Assembly: GCA_964016885.1 (NCBI GenBank)
Contig: OZ024763.1
Coordinates: 28,582,001 to 28,646,000 of the forward strand
Reading direction: 5' to 3'
Source of the DNA: Eledone cirrhosa
Taxonomy: Eukaryota
Length of the DNA: 64,000 nucleotides
A program made the position numbers and the translations under genes. Below, one piece after another: positions 15,091 through 29,302 of the stretch (its first letter is position 1; every line of letters starts with the position of its first letter). Below the pieces are notes generated by a model. That model was not told the DNA's origin. It was given only the letters and a program-made list of their open reading frames with translations, and made no database searches.

Positions 15091-15430
15091 TATTATTCAA
15101 AATATTAATAAATGAGGACGTTCATATAATCAAAATATGTTTTATTATATATATTTTGGAGGTACTGTGCTATTTTTTCAGTACGTCCTCATCAGATAAA
15201 ACATATAAATTGATGTATGACATACCTCAACTGTGTTGATGGTTCAATTTCAATTTCACTGCCAAGAGTGAAATTGAACCATCAACACAGTTGAGGTATG
15301 TCATACATCAATTCATGCATTTTATCTGATGAGGACGTATTGAAAAAACTACACAGTACCTCCGAAATATATATAATAAAACATATATTTTGATTATGTG
15401 AACGTCCTCATTTATTAATATTTTGAATTA
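15091..15430. mobile_element. ~160-bp-arm inverted repeat of a PLE pseudo-LTR-like sequence
   Basis: 15091-15252 is the reverse complement of about 15270-15430; HHR on both arms. Confidence 0.75.
15320..15381 (+). ncRNA. Type I hammerhead ribozyme motif
   Basis: ttttat-CTGATGA-gga...tcc-GAAA-tatata-TA-ataaaa. The minus-arm copy has GAAA mutated to AAAA. Confidence 0.8.
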
Positions 15431-15499
<69 letters not shown>

Positions 15500-15585
15500 G
15501 TTTAGGATTTACACATTTTTTCAAAAGAAATTGAAATAACTCATCTCGTCAATAGATTGTATAGAAGATTGTATATAAGTATGTT

Positions 15586-15637
<52 letters not shown>

Positions 15638-15701
15638 TATACATACATACATATATATAAAAAAAAAATATATATATACATATCTATATAAATATATATG
15701 G

Positions 15702-15744
<43 letters not shown>

Positions 15745-15795
15745 TATATATACATATCTATATATGGTTATATATATATATACATATACATATAT

Positions 15796-15846
<51 letters not shown>

Positions 15847-16477
15847 CATATATATATAAATATATATGGTTATATATATATTCAGACGAATAGAGACTTA
15901 CAGTCTGATCTGAATGTCTTGATAAATATTTCAAATAATGAAGTTGATAAATACATTGGACAGTTTCCAATATATTTATTAAATTTTAGGATGTGTGTGT
16001 ATATATATATATATATTATATATATTGTGCGTACCTATAATAATCAATACAAGGAGATTGGTTAAGCAGAAGTACGATTGAGAATATGTATATATACAAA
16101 CATACACACACACACATATATATTTATATATATATATATGTGTGTGTGTGGGGGGGGGGGTTGTGTGTGTTAAGTATTTCCGAAGAAAAAGCCAAGGAAT
16201 AAAGAGTGCTGTATGTATAATACAGAGGTATTTAATTAGAAGTGGACAACACAATATAACTAGTCCATTATCAAAGGTTTGCTCGTCGGATGAGCGAACT
16301 AGACGTTTGTCAATATCATCTATGGCCCTGAAACCCTGTTTCATTCGTATGAATTCGTCAAGAATGTTTGATAGTTTCATACGAATGAAACAATTCGAGT
16401 CATGTAGAACTCATATCTATATTAAATGACATATATATATATATAGGCATTTATAACCACACACACATACATATATA

Positions 16478-16735
16478 TGAAGGCGCATGGCTTAGTGTTT
16501 AGAGCATTGGGCTTGCAATCGAAAGGTTGTGAGTTCAATTCTCGAACCGGGTGATGTGTTGTTTCCTTGAGCAAGACACCTTATTTCACGTTGCTCCGGT
16601 TTAATCAGCTGTAGAAATGAGTACCGGCCTGCCCGCACAGCCAGTGGGATGGAGTTATCTTATGGCTAAAACAGCACGACGTGCTGTGCCCAGCAGCGCC
16701 GATTGCCGCCCGACAGACTGGTCGGTCAAGGTGAT
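16478..16735 (+). mobile_element. tRNA-derived SINE family 2
   Basis: tggcttagtg A box, gagttcaattc B box, ccttgagcaagacac...tttcacgttgctcc...ctgtagaaatgag central domain; minus copy at 50175-50425. Confidence 0.85.
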
Positions 16736-17024
16736 CAAGGTGATATATATAAACATACATGTGTTCGAATTTGCTAGGGTGAATACTGTCTAGTTGTTAC
16801 CAGGCGTTTTGCCCAAGATAGGTATGTTATTTTTCTTAATTTTTCTTAATTTAATATTTAAAGTTGAGGATAAGAAACTATATTGCTGTAGTTAGTATTT
16901 TTTCACCCTCGCAAATTCGGTCCTTACGATTCGAACACATGTACGTTTATATTAGTGTTCATCTCTCTTGTTTATTCAATTATATATAGTGTTGAACAAA
17001 CGAGCAACGGTGGTTGCTAGACAC

Positions 17025-17241
17025 TACGGCTTAATACGGGATGTTTGTTTACAAACACACCGAGCATTATAATAAATGTTCGGTGAATCCATACGTGCAT
17101 ATATATATGTGTGCATGTATGTATATATATATATACATACTACTGTACGTCTGTATATATATATGTATGTACGTGTACATACTTATATTTAAGTAACAGC
17201 CGTACTAAGAGTGGGAAATGAAATTTCGTTTCATTTTTTCC

Positions 17242-17245
<4 letters not shown>
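17025..17245. mobile_element. Family B dispersed repeat
   Basis: Matches 8356-8698. Confidence 0.7.
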
Positions 17246-17275
<30 letters not shown>

Positions 17276-17289
17276 CATACATACATACA

Positions 17290-17465
17290 GTCTTCTAGAA
17301 ATCTCGGATAAACCTCCTACATCCGGATATGTCTCCGTAAACAATAACTCTCTACTTGAGTGGGCCATGTTGTCCAAATCCTGATTTGAAAGACTTCGCC
17401 AGGTGGTGCTATTAAGTCAGAAATAGTCTGCGCCAATACTGGCCGAAAGGTAGCAAAGTTATGTA
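17290..17465 (+). mobile_element. CR1-group LINE 3' end fragment
   Basis: Encodes DKPPTSGYVSVNNNSLLEWAMLSKS* plus 3'UTR; homologous to the 21610-22380 element. Confidence 0.8.
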
Positions 17466-17730
17466 AGCTATCGACGTGAAGGGTAATCTGAAATTCTTTA
17501 GAAGTATGTTGGAATCTCAAACTTAGAGGACCGTAAGCTCAATGATTTGAGTAGTCGGCAAGAATTCCAGAGATAGAAAGATCGATTATCCGCGGTTACT
17601 GTTCAACTTTTCCAGTCCTTAAGGGTATTTTCTCTAATTTTCTAAACAGATATCTACTACAATCGATTCTTCTTAGTTATATTTTGCACGTGGGATTCCT
17701 ACATTTTCCTAAAGAATATACACAAGTCTG

Positions 17731-17825
17731 GGTCCTGACTCTTTTCCTGTTACCCACACCACTACCGTAAGTATCGAGTAATTTGGTGCGTTATGGTCCA
17801 CCTGGTATCTTACCACACCTTCTCT

Positions 17826-17882
<57 letters not shown>

Positions 17883-18060
17883 AATATATAGCAAAGGAAA
17901 GGAATTGTGGTAAGGAACCAAATGGACCATAACGCAACAGAGTACTCAATACTTAGGGTAGTAGAGTGGGAAATAAGAAAAAGTATGATATAAATAATTT
18001 AGTCCAGAAATAGCCGTCGAAACGGCTTAGCTCTGCCGCCGGGGTCATATTTTTTCCTAT
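17731..18060. mobile_element. Two family A fragments in opposite orientation separated by CA/TA repeats
   Basis: Tail on plus at 17731-17827; tail on minus from 17893, then agccgtcgaaacggc at about 18012. Confidence 0.65.
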
Positions 18061-18500
18061 ATATATATATATATATTATCTTCGTTTTTTCGTTCATTGC
18101 CAGAGAACGTCTCTATGCACCACCTAAGAGAACATTAGTCTACGACCTCTTTTATACCATAAACGTGGTTCTGTCTTTGCACGTAATTGTTTTTCACCGC
18201 TCCTATTAATGACGTATTATATTCGTTTTTTCCTGTTCTTTGCCAGCGAACGTTTCCACGAACCAAAGTATCGTCTTCCTGTCTTCCTCCGGTTGCAACG
18301 TTTTTTGAAATATCCAGTTCTGCGTTTACAGATTGACTTTGTTAGTTTCAGAAGATCCCGTTAAGGGTGAAAGCAGCGATTCTTTGCTTAAACTTTAATC
18401 TGTTATTTTAATAAATATTTGCTCTTCGGTTCTTATATATTTGATATATATTTTCCTTATCGAGCCCTCTCTGGATTTTAGTCTTCAATTTTACTATTAT

Positions 18501-18559
<59 letters not shown>

Positions 18560-18672
18560 AGGCGGATTGAGGCTCACAAGGGAACGGGGGAAGGCTTCAA
18601 GAACACTCTTTGTCCGTTCCCTTGTCGTTTAAATTTGGATTATCTTGGGAACGTAATCTTATTATGTAAGAA

Positions 18673-18747
18673 GCTGTCTGAGGAGGTCATGGCAATGGAT
18701 ACACAGAACCGTGTGGCCAATGTCATCATTGAAATATGTATCACAGC
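18673..18747 (+). ncRNA. Type I hammerhead ribozyme motif
   Basis: gctgt-CTGAGGA-long imperfect stem II-GAAA-tatgta-TC-acagc. Confidence 0.7.
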
Positions 18748-18811
18748 ATTATCAATAAAGGACTTTAACATCTGAAAATACTTCGCATTTTCTTATTCAA
18801 TATATATATAT

Positions 18812-18916
<105 letters not shown>

Positions 18917-18931
18917 CATATATATATATAC

Positions 18932-18962
<31 letters not shown>

Positions 18963-19528
18963 CATATATATATACATATATATATATACATATATATATA
19001 CATATATATATATACATATATATATACATATATATATATATTTCGTTTCTGAATTTGTTTAGCAAGATTCTTTATCTGAAATCGTGTGTTGAAACCGCTA
19101 TTTTTATACTTTGGGAGGGTCATGTTGCCAATAAGAAACACACGCACCAGTTGCTTTCACTTCAGTTTATTATATATTTATAAATTTACAAATTTATAAA
19201 TTTATAAATTTCTGGTTGGTTGGTTGGTTCCACAACCAGATATTTGTTTATATATAGTCATAGTCCTTTCGTCACACACTCTGTGACCTCTTCGGTGACT
19301 GGGGATTCCTTTCTTTGTTTCTGTGCCTCTCCTTTGTTCTGTCCTACGCCATTTTGTTTCTGTGTGTGTGTTGTGTGCTCAGTCTGCGCATGCGCCACAT
19401 CCGGGTGTCTGTGTGTGTTTATATTCATTTATCTATTTGTTTATTTATTTATTTACATGTTACTGGTTGGTTGTTTGTTCTATGTGTGTGTGTGTTTTCA
19501 TTTTGTCCTTAATTGTAAGTTGTGATGA

Positions 19529-20038
19529 GGCGAACTAGCCTACACATTTAGAAGGGCCCTAAATAAACATAAACTAAATATTGAGATAGTAGAAAGACCT
19601 GGTACCTCCGTAAAAACACTTATTAGCAAGACATACCCTTTTCAAAGACCCTCATGTATAGATAAGAAATGTATAACCTGTAAAATAAGCCCCCATATTA
19701 ACTGTAAAACGAGAAATGTAGTGTATAGCATAAGATGTACTGAAGGACAATGTAGAGACAAAAATATAGTGTACATAGGTGAGACTGCTCGTAGTATAGG
19801 GGAACGGATAAATGAACACTGGCGAGACCTTCAAGATAATAAAGAATCATCTGTACTCTACCAACATGCTAAGATAGAACACAAGGGTAAATTAGAGAAC
19901 ATAGAAATAAAAATAGAATCTACACACAGAAAAGATGCAATGTTTAGACAAATTACAGAGGAAATAAACATAAAAGAATTACAACCAAAATTAAATAGAA
20001 AATATGAGTGGAACAGCAACATCACAACTTACAATTAA
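19529..20038 (+). pseudogene. PLE C-terminal Cys-rich linker plus GIY-YIG endonuclease (Neptune-like) fragment
   Basis: Open frame GELAYTF...CIDKKCITC...CKTRNVVYSIRC...YIGETARSIGERINEH...H...H...E...PKLN. Confidence 0.9.
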
Positions 20039-20252
20039 GGACAAAATGAAAACACACACACACATAGAACAAACAACCAACCAGTAACATGTAAATAAAT
20101 AAATAAATAAACAAATAGATAAATGAACATAAACACACACAGACACCCAGATGTGGCGCATGCGCAGACTGAGCACACAACACACACACACAGAAACAAA
20201 ATGGCGTAGGACAGAAGAAAGGAGAGGCACAGAAACAAAGAAAGGAATCCCC

Positions 20253-20297
20253 AGTCACCGAAGAGGTCACAGAGTGTGTGACGAAAGGACTATGACT
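20253..20297 (+). ncRNA. Variant minimal hammerhead (CCGAAGA core) in pseudo-LTR
   Basis: agtca-CCGAAGA-g-gtcaca(gagtg)tgtgac-GAAA-ggac-TA-tgact; identical on minus at 19256-19300. Confidence 0.7.
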
Positions 20298-20473
20298 ATA
20301 TATAAACAACTATCTGGTTGTGGAACCAACCAACCAACCAGAAATTTATAAATTTGTAAATTTATAAATATATAATAAACTGAAGTGAAAGCAACTGGTG
20401 CGTGTGTTTCTTATTGGCAACATGACCCTCCCAAAGTATAACAATATATATATATACATATATATATATATAC

Positions 20474-20523
<50 letters not shown>

Positions 20524-20581
20524 GTATACATATATAAATATATATACATATATATATATATACATATATAAATATATATAC

Positions 20582-20630
<49 letters not shown>

Positions 20631-20637
20631 CATATAT

Positions 20638-20682
<45 letters not shown>

Positions 20683-20760
20683 CATATATATATATATCCA
20701 TATATATATATATCCATATATATATATATATACATATATATACATATTGCAAAACAAATA

Positions 20761-20802
<42 letters not shown>

Positions 20803-20920
20803 TATTTGTTTTGCAAGGTTTCTGATATGAAATCGTGTGTCGAAACAAATATTGTTATTTGGAAATCAATGTTTATCATTGATTAACCACCGGTTAAAAA
20901 TATATATATAAATATATATA

Positions 20921-21062
20921 TATAGTCTATCAGAGTTCTTTCGTTGCACATCTGCAACATCATCAGTGGTACTATTATGTTTCCTCCTATTGTATTGGAA
21001 ACATAGTAGTACCACTGATGATGTCACAGATGTGCAACGAAAGAACTTTGATAGACTATATA
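20921..21062. mobile_element. Fold-back palindrome with hammerhead motif on each arm
   Basis: ~64-bp arms; the minus arm reads CTGATGA-t-gttgca(gatg)tgcaac-GAAA-gaac-TC. Confidence 0.7.
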
Positions 21063-21153
21063 TATATACATATTTATATTTATATATTTTTCAAATAGAA
21101 GTCGAAGTTGAAAGGTATGTCGAATCTATCTATTTATAAGACTGTTTATATTG

Positions 21154-21219
21154 TATTTTGTCTGAAGAAGGTATAACATATTTTTAATATGATATCCCTG
21201 AAATATATATAATGAAATA
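21154..21219 (+). ncRNA. Type I hammerhead ribozyme motif
   Basis: tattttgt-CTGAAGA-agg...cct-GAAA-tatata-TA-atgaaata. Confidence 0.7.
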
Positions 21220-21361
21220 AATATGGTTTTATAAATATAGTTTCCATTTATTTAATATCGTAAATATACTCCAAATACTTGTTGAGTGCTTTTATATCAG
21301 TTATAAATATTTACTCGTTGTTAACGCAACAATTTAAATAAAACTTTGCATATTTATATCT

Positions 21362-21528
21362 ATATTTTTAACCGTTGGTCAATCAATGATAAACATTGAT
21401 TGCCAAATAAATTAACTATGGAGATATAAAATATACAGAAGCGAAAACTAGCCCGAATCAAACAATGACTGTGCTCGGTTATTATTTCTGGCAAAATGAT
21501 TACAATATGACCCTCCCCAAGTATAACA
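21362..21528. mobile_element. Second copy of the 1588-1752 repeat
   Basis: Colinear similarity including the atgaccctccccaagtataa end. Confidence 0.6.
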
Positions 21529-21557
21529 ATATATATATATATATATATATGATGATG

Positions 21558-21595
<38 letters not shown>

Positions 21596-21609
21596 CATCA
21601 TCATCGTTT

Positions 21610-22380
21610 ATAACTTTGAATAACTTTGAAATGTTTTGGCCAGTATTGGCCCAGGCCATGTCTAACTTAATAGCACCACCTGGCGAAGTCTTTCAATTCA
21701 GGATTTGGGCACCATGGCCCATTCGAGAAGAGAATTACTGTTTGCGGAGACATATCCGGGTGTGGGTGGTTTGTCCGGGATTACTTGGAGGAATTTGTCC
21801 AAAGACTTCTTGAATTTTGTGTGGTCAGTTTCTGTTTTGACCTGTCCTGGTATGATGTTGAAGAGAGCAGGGCCGATTGAGGTGAAATAATTATGCCGTA
21901 TTGTTGTTATGAGTTGCGATTTAGATTTTTGAATGGGACGGATAGCACGGGGCCCAAGCCTTGGGTGTATCTTGAAGGCGATGCCAACATCATTTGGGCA
22001 GTGATGATGGAACATTTTCCACATCATGCAGATAATATAACGCTCACGGCGACGTTGGAGTGAGTAAAGTTTCAGGTTTTCTAATCGACCCCAGTAGTCA
22101 AGGTCTGACATGCCATCTATCTTCTTCGTGATTGCCCTTTGAGGAGCTTCAAGTTTCATGATACTTTGTTTCGTGTGGGGAGACCACAGTGGACAACAGT
22201 ATTCAAGGTGTGGTCGGGCAAAAGTAGAGAAGAGAAGGATAATGGTGTGGGAATCTCTCGACTGGAAGGTTCTGAGGATCCAGGAACACATTCTGCGGCC
22301 ATGTCAACTTTGCTGCTTATATGCGTGGTCCAGCTTATGTTGCTGTCCACGGTTACTCCCAAGTCTCTGATGTTGTTAAT
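21610..22380 (-). mobile_element. CR1-group LINE ORF2 3' fragment (RT C-terminus, one frameshift) with short tandem tail
   Basis: IRDLGVTVDSNISWTTHI / RPHLEYCCPLWSP / YSLQRRRERY motifs; (ttcaaagtta)2 tail. Confidence 0.9.
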
Positions 22381-23418
22381 ATATCTTCTATGTGTCACCG
22401 TTTAGCCACGCTCCCACTGCATACTCCAAAAACTGAGACCAGTATCCTATAAAGTCGTTATGGTTTTTCAACAGACATACACACACACATGTTCATGTAC
22501 ATGTACAGAAATACACATACACACACACATACATACATGCACACGTACACAAAACACACATACACATATACATGTATTCGCACACAAATACACATACACA
22601 TATACACGTACACACACACACATGTACATGTACATAACCGCACACACATATACACATGTGCACGTACGTAAATACATACACATACCCACACAGATTTACT
22701 CGTACGCACATGCACACGTAGAGAAATACACCTACACACACATGTATACGTACACAAATATACATACATACTCACACACATACACATTCACATACACGTG
22801 TACACGTACACAAATACACATACACATACGTACACAACTACACACACGCATAGGCATACACACACACACACGTACGTACACAACCAAATACATAGACACA
22901 CACACACGTTATTGAAGAAATTTTTCGACATTTCCTGAAGAACCAATACAACAAAGAAACTTCATGGAACGTTGTTTATGATTTTTGTCTTGTTTGGGGC
23001 AGAAAAGAAACCCTAAACAAGACAATACAAATAAGTACCCTCACCCACACAACAACCTCACACTCGCCACCTTCGAAAAAAGGAAAGAAAAACACATAAA
23101 ACTCTCACAGAAAACTCTAACAAACAATCAGAAGAAAAATAAAACGTTTTCTTCTCATAGTTTATGACATTCCAAATCAGGAGAAGAAAAAAAAGGAGAA
23201 AATGAAAGTGAGAATTTATTGTTTAGAGAAAATCATTTGTAAGAGTATGGGGGGTATGGGGTTCGGTTAATCAAAGTACCCCACCCCTGCCTCAGCCCCC
23301 TTCTGTTGCTGAAAAAAAAATGAAGGACAACGGAAAATATTAAATCATTCTCCGAAAAATATGAAGAGAGGAAATGTTTCTAGCACAGAGACTATATAAA
23401 TTTATGGCCTTATTTGAT

Positions 23419-23508
<90 letters not shown>

Positions 23509-23779
23509 CCCATATATATACATATATACAAATATATATATATATGCATGTGTTAGTACAAGTGTATGTATTTACACACATATATATATATATAACTATC
23601 ATTGTTTCGTTGCAATATGGCCGACATATTTCAACAGTTGATTCTTCTGAGGAAACTGGCGAGTTGCCTCCAGTGAATTGACTGTTGAATGAACACATTG
23701 GTCGCTCATATTTCAATGGCTGCCTGCTTCATATTATATATACAGAAATACGCACACACACATACACACAAACACACAA

Positions 23780-23834
<55 letters not shown>

Positions 23835-23918
23835 TTTGCTCTACGGTCCTTATATATTTGATATATATTTATCCTTAACGAGTCGTCTTTGGATTTTAGT
23901 CTTCAAATTTATTATTAT

Positions 23919-23996
<78 letters not shown>

Positions 23997-24199
23997 GTCT
24001 AATTGTAGCTAAGATGCTTCCATAGGCGGTATGCTGGTTGACCACTCTATACTCCTACGGAGCAGAGTATTATTGAATAACAAACGAAAACTCAGTAACG
24101 CATCGGAACTCAATTTATTGTGTGTTACAATTGTTTCCCCGGCGAACATCATCTCCAATACCAGCATCAACACAGACACTCCTTCACCGCACCCAACCC

Positions 24200-25210
24200 A
24201 CCCCTACCACTACAAGAAAGGAGTAAAGAGGCCTTTCTGGAAATAGGTGTGGGTGGTGGTGGTAGAGTGGGGGTTCCATGTGGGGTCTGCAACCGCAACC
24301 AAACCCATGACAAAGGGTGACTGCAACCACCTCAATGCTAACAATAGAACAAATGTCAATCTTGAAATTTTTGGGGGATAAATACTAAGAATTCTAACCA
24401 AGGTTCCTTTCTGGAAATATTTGGGTGTTGTGGGAAGTTGAGGGCAGATCCCGCAGCCAAACTCATGAAGACAGGTAACTATTTGGAACCATGAACCTGC
24501 AAACTGTTCAACAAATGTCAATCTAGAAATATTTGGAGGGCAAACATCAAGAATTCTAACAAAGGGGTATTTCAGAAAATAGCTGGGGTTTGGGGATCAA
24601 ACTGGGGTCAGCAGCCAAACTCATTTAAAATGGTGGCTGCAACCACAATACTGCCAGCGGTACAACACAGGTCAATTTAGAAATTTTTTGGAGAGCAAAC
24701 ATTAAGAATTCTAAGAAAAGGGCCTTTCTCGAAATATGTGGGTGGTGTAGGGTGTTGAGGGAAGAGCCGGCAGTCAAACTCATGAAGAAGGGTGACTGCT
24801 TGGAACCACGATCCTGCAAACTGTATAACAAATGTCAATCTAGAAATTTTTTTGAGGGCAAACATTAAGAATTCTAACAAAGGAGTCTTTCAAAAAATAG
24901 CTGAGGGTTGGGGTCCATGGTGGGGTCCGCAACCGAACCCATGAAGAAGGGTGATCCCAAAAACCACACTGCCAAGGGTACAACAAATGTCCATCTAGAA
25001 TTAGGAATTCAAACAAAGGAGCCTTTCTAGAACTAGGTGTTTGTGTGTGGGGTGAAGTAGGGGCATCAAGGCGGAGGCTACTGCCAAACTGACGAAGAAA
25101 AAAAAAAGGGGGGGGGGTTACTTATTCTAACTGCAACAAACACACTGGCCCAATAGTACGACAAAATTTAAAACTAGAAAATTTCGGAGGACAAACATTA
25201 AGAATCCTAC
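24200..25210. repeat. Diverged ~160-bp tandem repeat (about 6 units)
   Basis: acaaatgtcaatctagaaattt...cattaagaattctaac at 24349, 24511, 24665, 24828, 24983 and 25161. Confidence 0.85.
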
Positions 25211-25534
25211 ACCGTCTTAATGGGAAGACGCAACGGATTGTTTCCGGACAGACAGTAGGAGAGACAGAGCGACAGTCTGACAGACAGACAGACATGATGC
25301 TTGTCTAAAGACATTTCCAAAGAATCAGATATATTAAAGAATACCCAAAGGCATGGAAATGTCTTTGGCCAATGCTTTGAGAGAGAATCGGTTTCTATTT
25401 AATTAAGGTATCTAGTGTATAATGGTATTACATTTTAATTGAACTAGCTCAGATTTGCTTTAATGCATCTATTTAGCGGTCTCTGTCGATCTACATATCT
25501 ATCCATTTATCGTCTTCTATTTAACTCTCTCGAC

Positions 25535-25585
<51 letters not shown>

Positions 25586-25633
25586 ATTTATATATATATA
25601 CATATATATATATGCATATATATATATATGTAT

Positions 25634-25664
<31 letters not shown>

Positions 25665-25705
25665 TATATGTATATATATATACATATATATGCATATATA
25701 TATAT

Positions 25706-25742
<37 letters not shown>

Positions 25743-25755
25743 TATATATATATGC

Positions 25756-25786
<31 letters not shown>

Positions 25787-25820
25787 CATATATATACATA
25801 CATATACACGTACACACATA

Positions 25821-25863
<43 letters not shown>

Positions 25864-25993
25864 TATATATATACATATATTTATATATATATATATACAT
25901 ATATACATATATATATACATATATATATACATATATATATATACATATATATATATACGCATATATATATATACACATGTATATATATATATG

Positions 25994-26031
<38 letters not shown>

Positions 26032-26168
26032 CGCATATATATATATATACACATATATATATATGTATACACATATATATATATACGCATATATATATAT
26101 ACACACATATATATATATACACACATATATATATACACATATATATATATATATACATATATATATAC

Positions 26169-26218
<50 letters not shown>

Positions 26219-26221
26219 GCG

Positions 26222-26252
<31 letters not shown>

Positions 26253-26265
26253 GTATATATATGCG

Positions 26266-26297
<32 letters not shown>

Positions 26298-26382
26298 TAT
26301 ACATATGCGTATATATATATGTATATATATATATATATATACATACATATATATATATACATATATACATATATATATATAC

Positions 26383-26415
<33 letters not shown>

Positions 26416-26747
26416 CATATGCGTATATATATATGTATATATATATATATATATACATACATATATATATATACATATATACATATATATATATACATAT
26501 ATATATATACATATATATATATACATATATATATATACATATATATATACATATATATATATACATATATATATATACATATATATATATACATATATAT
26601 ACATATATATATATACATATATATATATACATATATATATATACATATATATACATATATATATTATACATATATATATATATACATATATATACATATA
26701 TATATATACATATATATATATACATATATATATATACATATATATAC

Positions 26748-26794
<47 letters not shown>

Positions 26795-26856
26795 CACATA
26801 TATATATATATATATACATATATATACATATGTATATATATACATGTATATACATA

Positions 26857-26907
<51 letters not shown>

Positions 26908-26930
26908 GTATATATATACATGTATATACA

Positions 26931-26975
<45 letters not shown>

Positions 26976-27023
26976 ATATGTATATATATACATGTATATA
27001 CATATATATATATATATATATAC

Positions 27024-27104
<81 letters not shown>

Positions 27105-27109
27105 TATAC

Positions 27110-27154
<45 letters not shown>

Positions 27155-27159
27155 TATAC

Positions 27160-27210
<51 letters not shown>

Positions 27211-27233
27211 CGTACATATACATATATATATAC

Positions 27234-27278
<45 letters not shown>

Positions 27279-27378
27279 CATATTTATATATACATAGATA
27301 TATATATATATACATATATATATATACATACATATATATATATATACATATATACATATATATACACACATATATATA

Positions 27379-27409
<31 letters not shown>

Positions 27410-27553
27410 ACATATATATATATACATATATATATATACATATATAAATATACATATATATATACATACATATATATACATATATATATACATATATATA
27501 TATACATATATATTATACACACATATATATATATACATATATATAATAGATAT

Positions 27554-27585
<32 letters not shown>
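25535..27585. repeat. ~2-kb interrupted (TA)n/(TACA) microsatellite
   Basis: Direct reading; source of the 500-650 aa artefact ORFs. Confidence 0.95.
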
Positions 27586-27607
<22 letters not shown>

Positions 27608-28263
27608 CGAGTTGCAAAGAAAGATAGAGAGAGAGAAAGAGAGCGAGAATAAGAGAAAGAGAGAGAGAATGAGACAAAGTGAAAGAGAGAGAGAGAGAGA
27701 GAGAGAGAAGATAGAGTGAGATTAAGAAAGAGGAAGAGCGAGAGAGGAGGGGGGGTGAAAAGAAGCAGGGAGAGAATAAAAGAGATATGTATAATAAAGA
27801 GAGAATGATGATGTCAAGGACATACATAGGAAGATATCTGGGTAATCTCATCGCTGTGATCAGAGAGAACGCTGATAAACGAGATGTAGAAACGAGAATA
27901 TGCTCAAGATACTTATAAAGGTTATAACGCATTATATCTGGAGGCCAAGCCGTCGTAATGTTGCTGTGATATTAACTATGAGAGTTTAATTAAATTTCTA
28001 CTGAAGTCTTTTCAGTTCGATATAACACCATATACGTCTTGAACAATATCCCTCATACACTTGTTGTCTATTATTGAATGGTAGGGTATCACGGTGCAGC
28101 TTGTGTCTTGCAGCTTGTGTCTTGTGACGCTACAGTAAAGGTCTTTAGACTCAATACGTATTGCGTTTCTAAACGATCTCCGTTTCCATTTCTCCTGCTC
28201 CGCAACCCCTTTCATCATCTCATTGATTGTCAGTCACCATATCTCTCTCTCTCTCCCTCTCTC

Positions 28264-28329
<66 letters not shown>

Positions 28330-28380
28330 TGTAAATTATATAAATTACACAATTATCAAAGTTATGTTCAAATCATTTTA

Positions 28381-28436
28381 TTACTGACAATCGTTTCTTC
28401 CAAACTTTCGTTTGGGATCATCGGAGGATTAGTAAC
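28381..28436 (-). ncRNA. Variant hammerhead-like motif (CCGATGA)
   Basis: Minus strand: CCGATGA-tcccaaac(gaaa)gtttggaa-GAAA-cgattg-TC-agtaa; weak stem I. Confidence 0.5.
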
Positions 28437-28633
28437 GTTTGAACATATAATTAACTGAACAATTATATAGATACATATATATTGATGTTGTGAACAACAG
28501 TTTCGTATTTACAGATATACATATTTATCCAGGGAGTGTAACGCAAAGTTACTGTAGGTTCACCCAGGTGAGCACTCGATGTTTAGATTCACGTTTGTAT
28601 CGAAGTGCAGAGCTAGACTGAGTGTAATATGAT

Positions 28634-28822
28634 AATTGTTTCTACTTTCGGCACCAGGCCAGCAATTATCCCAGTGCATTACTGGTACTTTATTTATCGA
28701 CCCCGTAAGGCTGAAAGGCAAAGCGAACCTCGGCGTCATTTGAACTCAGATTATAAAGGCGCGTAACTCTATGCTGAAGCATGGCGTTCGACCTTCTACA
28801 GATACTGCCCGCCTTCACCGAC
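28634..28822 (-). mobile_element. SINE family 1
   Basis: Reverse complement of the 12811 family. Confidence 0.85.
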
Positions 28823-29248
28823 CAATAAACGTAATCACGACCACCACCTACCTCCACGTACCACCACCACCTACCTCCACGTACCAGCACCACCACCAAC
28901 AACATCGGCACCACCACATACCTACCAACACCACCATCTACCAGCACCAACATCACCACCACCACCAACACCAACGCCACCACCACATACCAGCACCACT
29001 ACCTACCGTTACCAAGAGCACCGCCACCACTACCACCACCACCACATACCAGCACCAACAACATCACCACCACCACCACCTACCAACACCACCACCACCA
29101 CGACCACCTAGCAGTACCACCACCACCACCATTACATACCAGCACCAACAACATCACCACCACACCACCACATACCAGCACCAACACCAACAAACATCAC
29201 CACCACCACCAACACCAGCTGAAATAAATAAACAACAACAGCAACAAC

Positions 29249-29302
<54 letters not shown>

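Larger units (their letters stand above)
19104..20441 (+). mobile_element. 5'-truncated Penelope-like retroelement with inverted pseudo-LTRs
   Basis: 19104-19527 is the reverse complement of 20020-20441; a GIY-YIG ORF remnant lies between; embedded in (TA)n. Confidence 0.9.

Noticed and set aside
16478-16550. tRNA genes at SINE heads
   Set aside because: A/B boxes continue into SINE bodies and no complete cloverleaf is evident.
23620-23720. CTGAGGA hairpin resembling a hammerhead
   Set aside because: GAAT instead of GAAA and no convincing stem I or III.
25517-27652. 500-650 aa Tyr/Ile-rich ORFs (and similar ones throughout the window)
   Set aside because: Translations of stop-poor (TA)n/(CA)n microsatellites, open in several frames on both strands.
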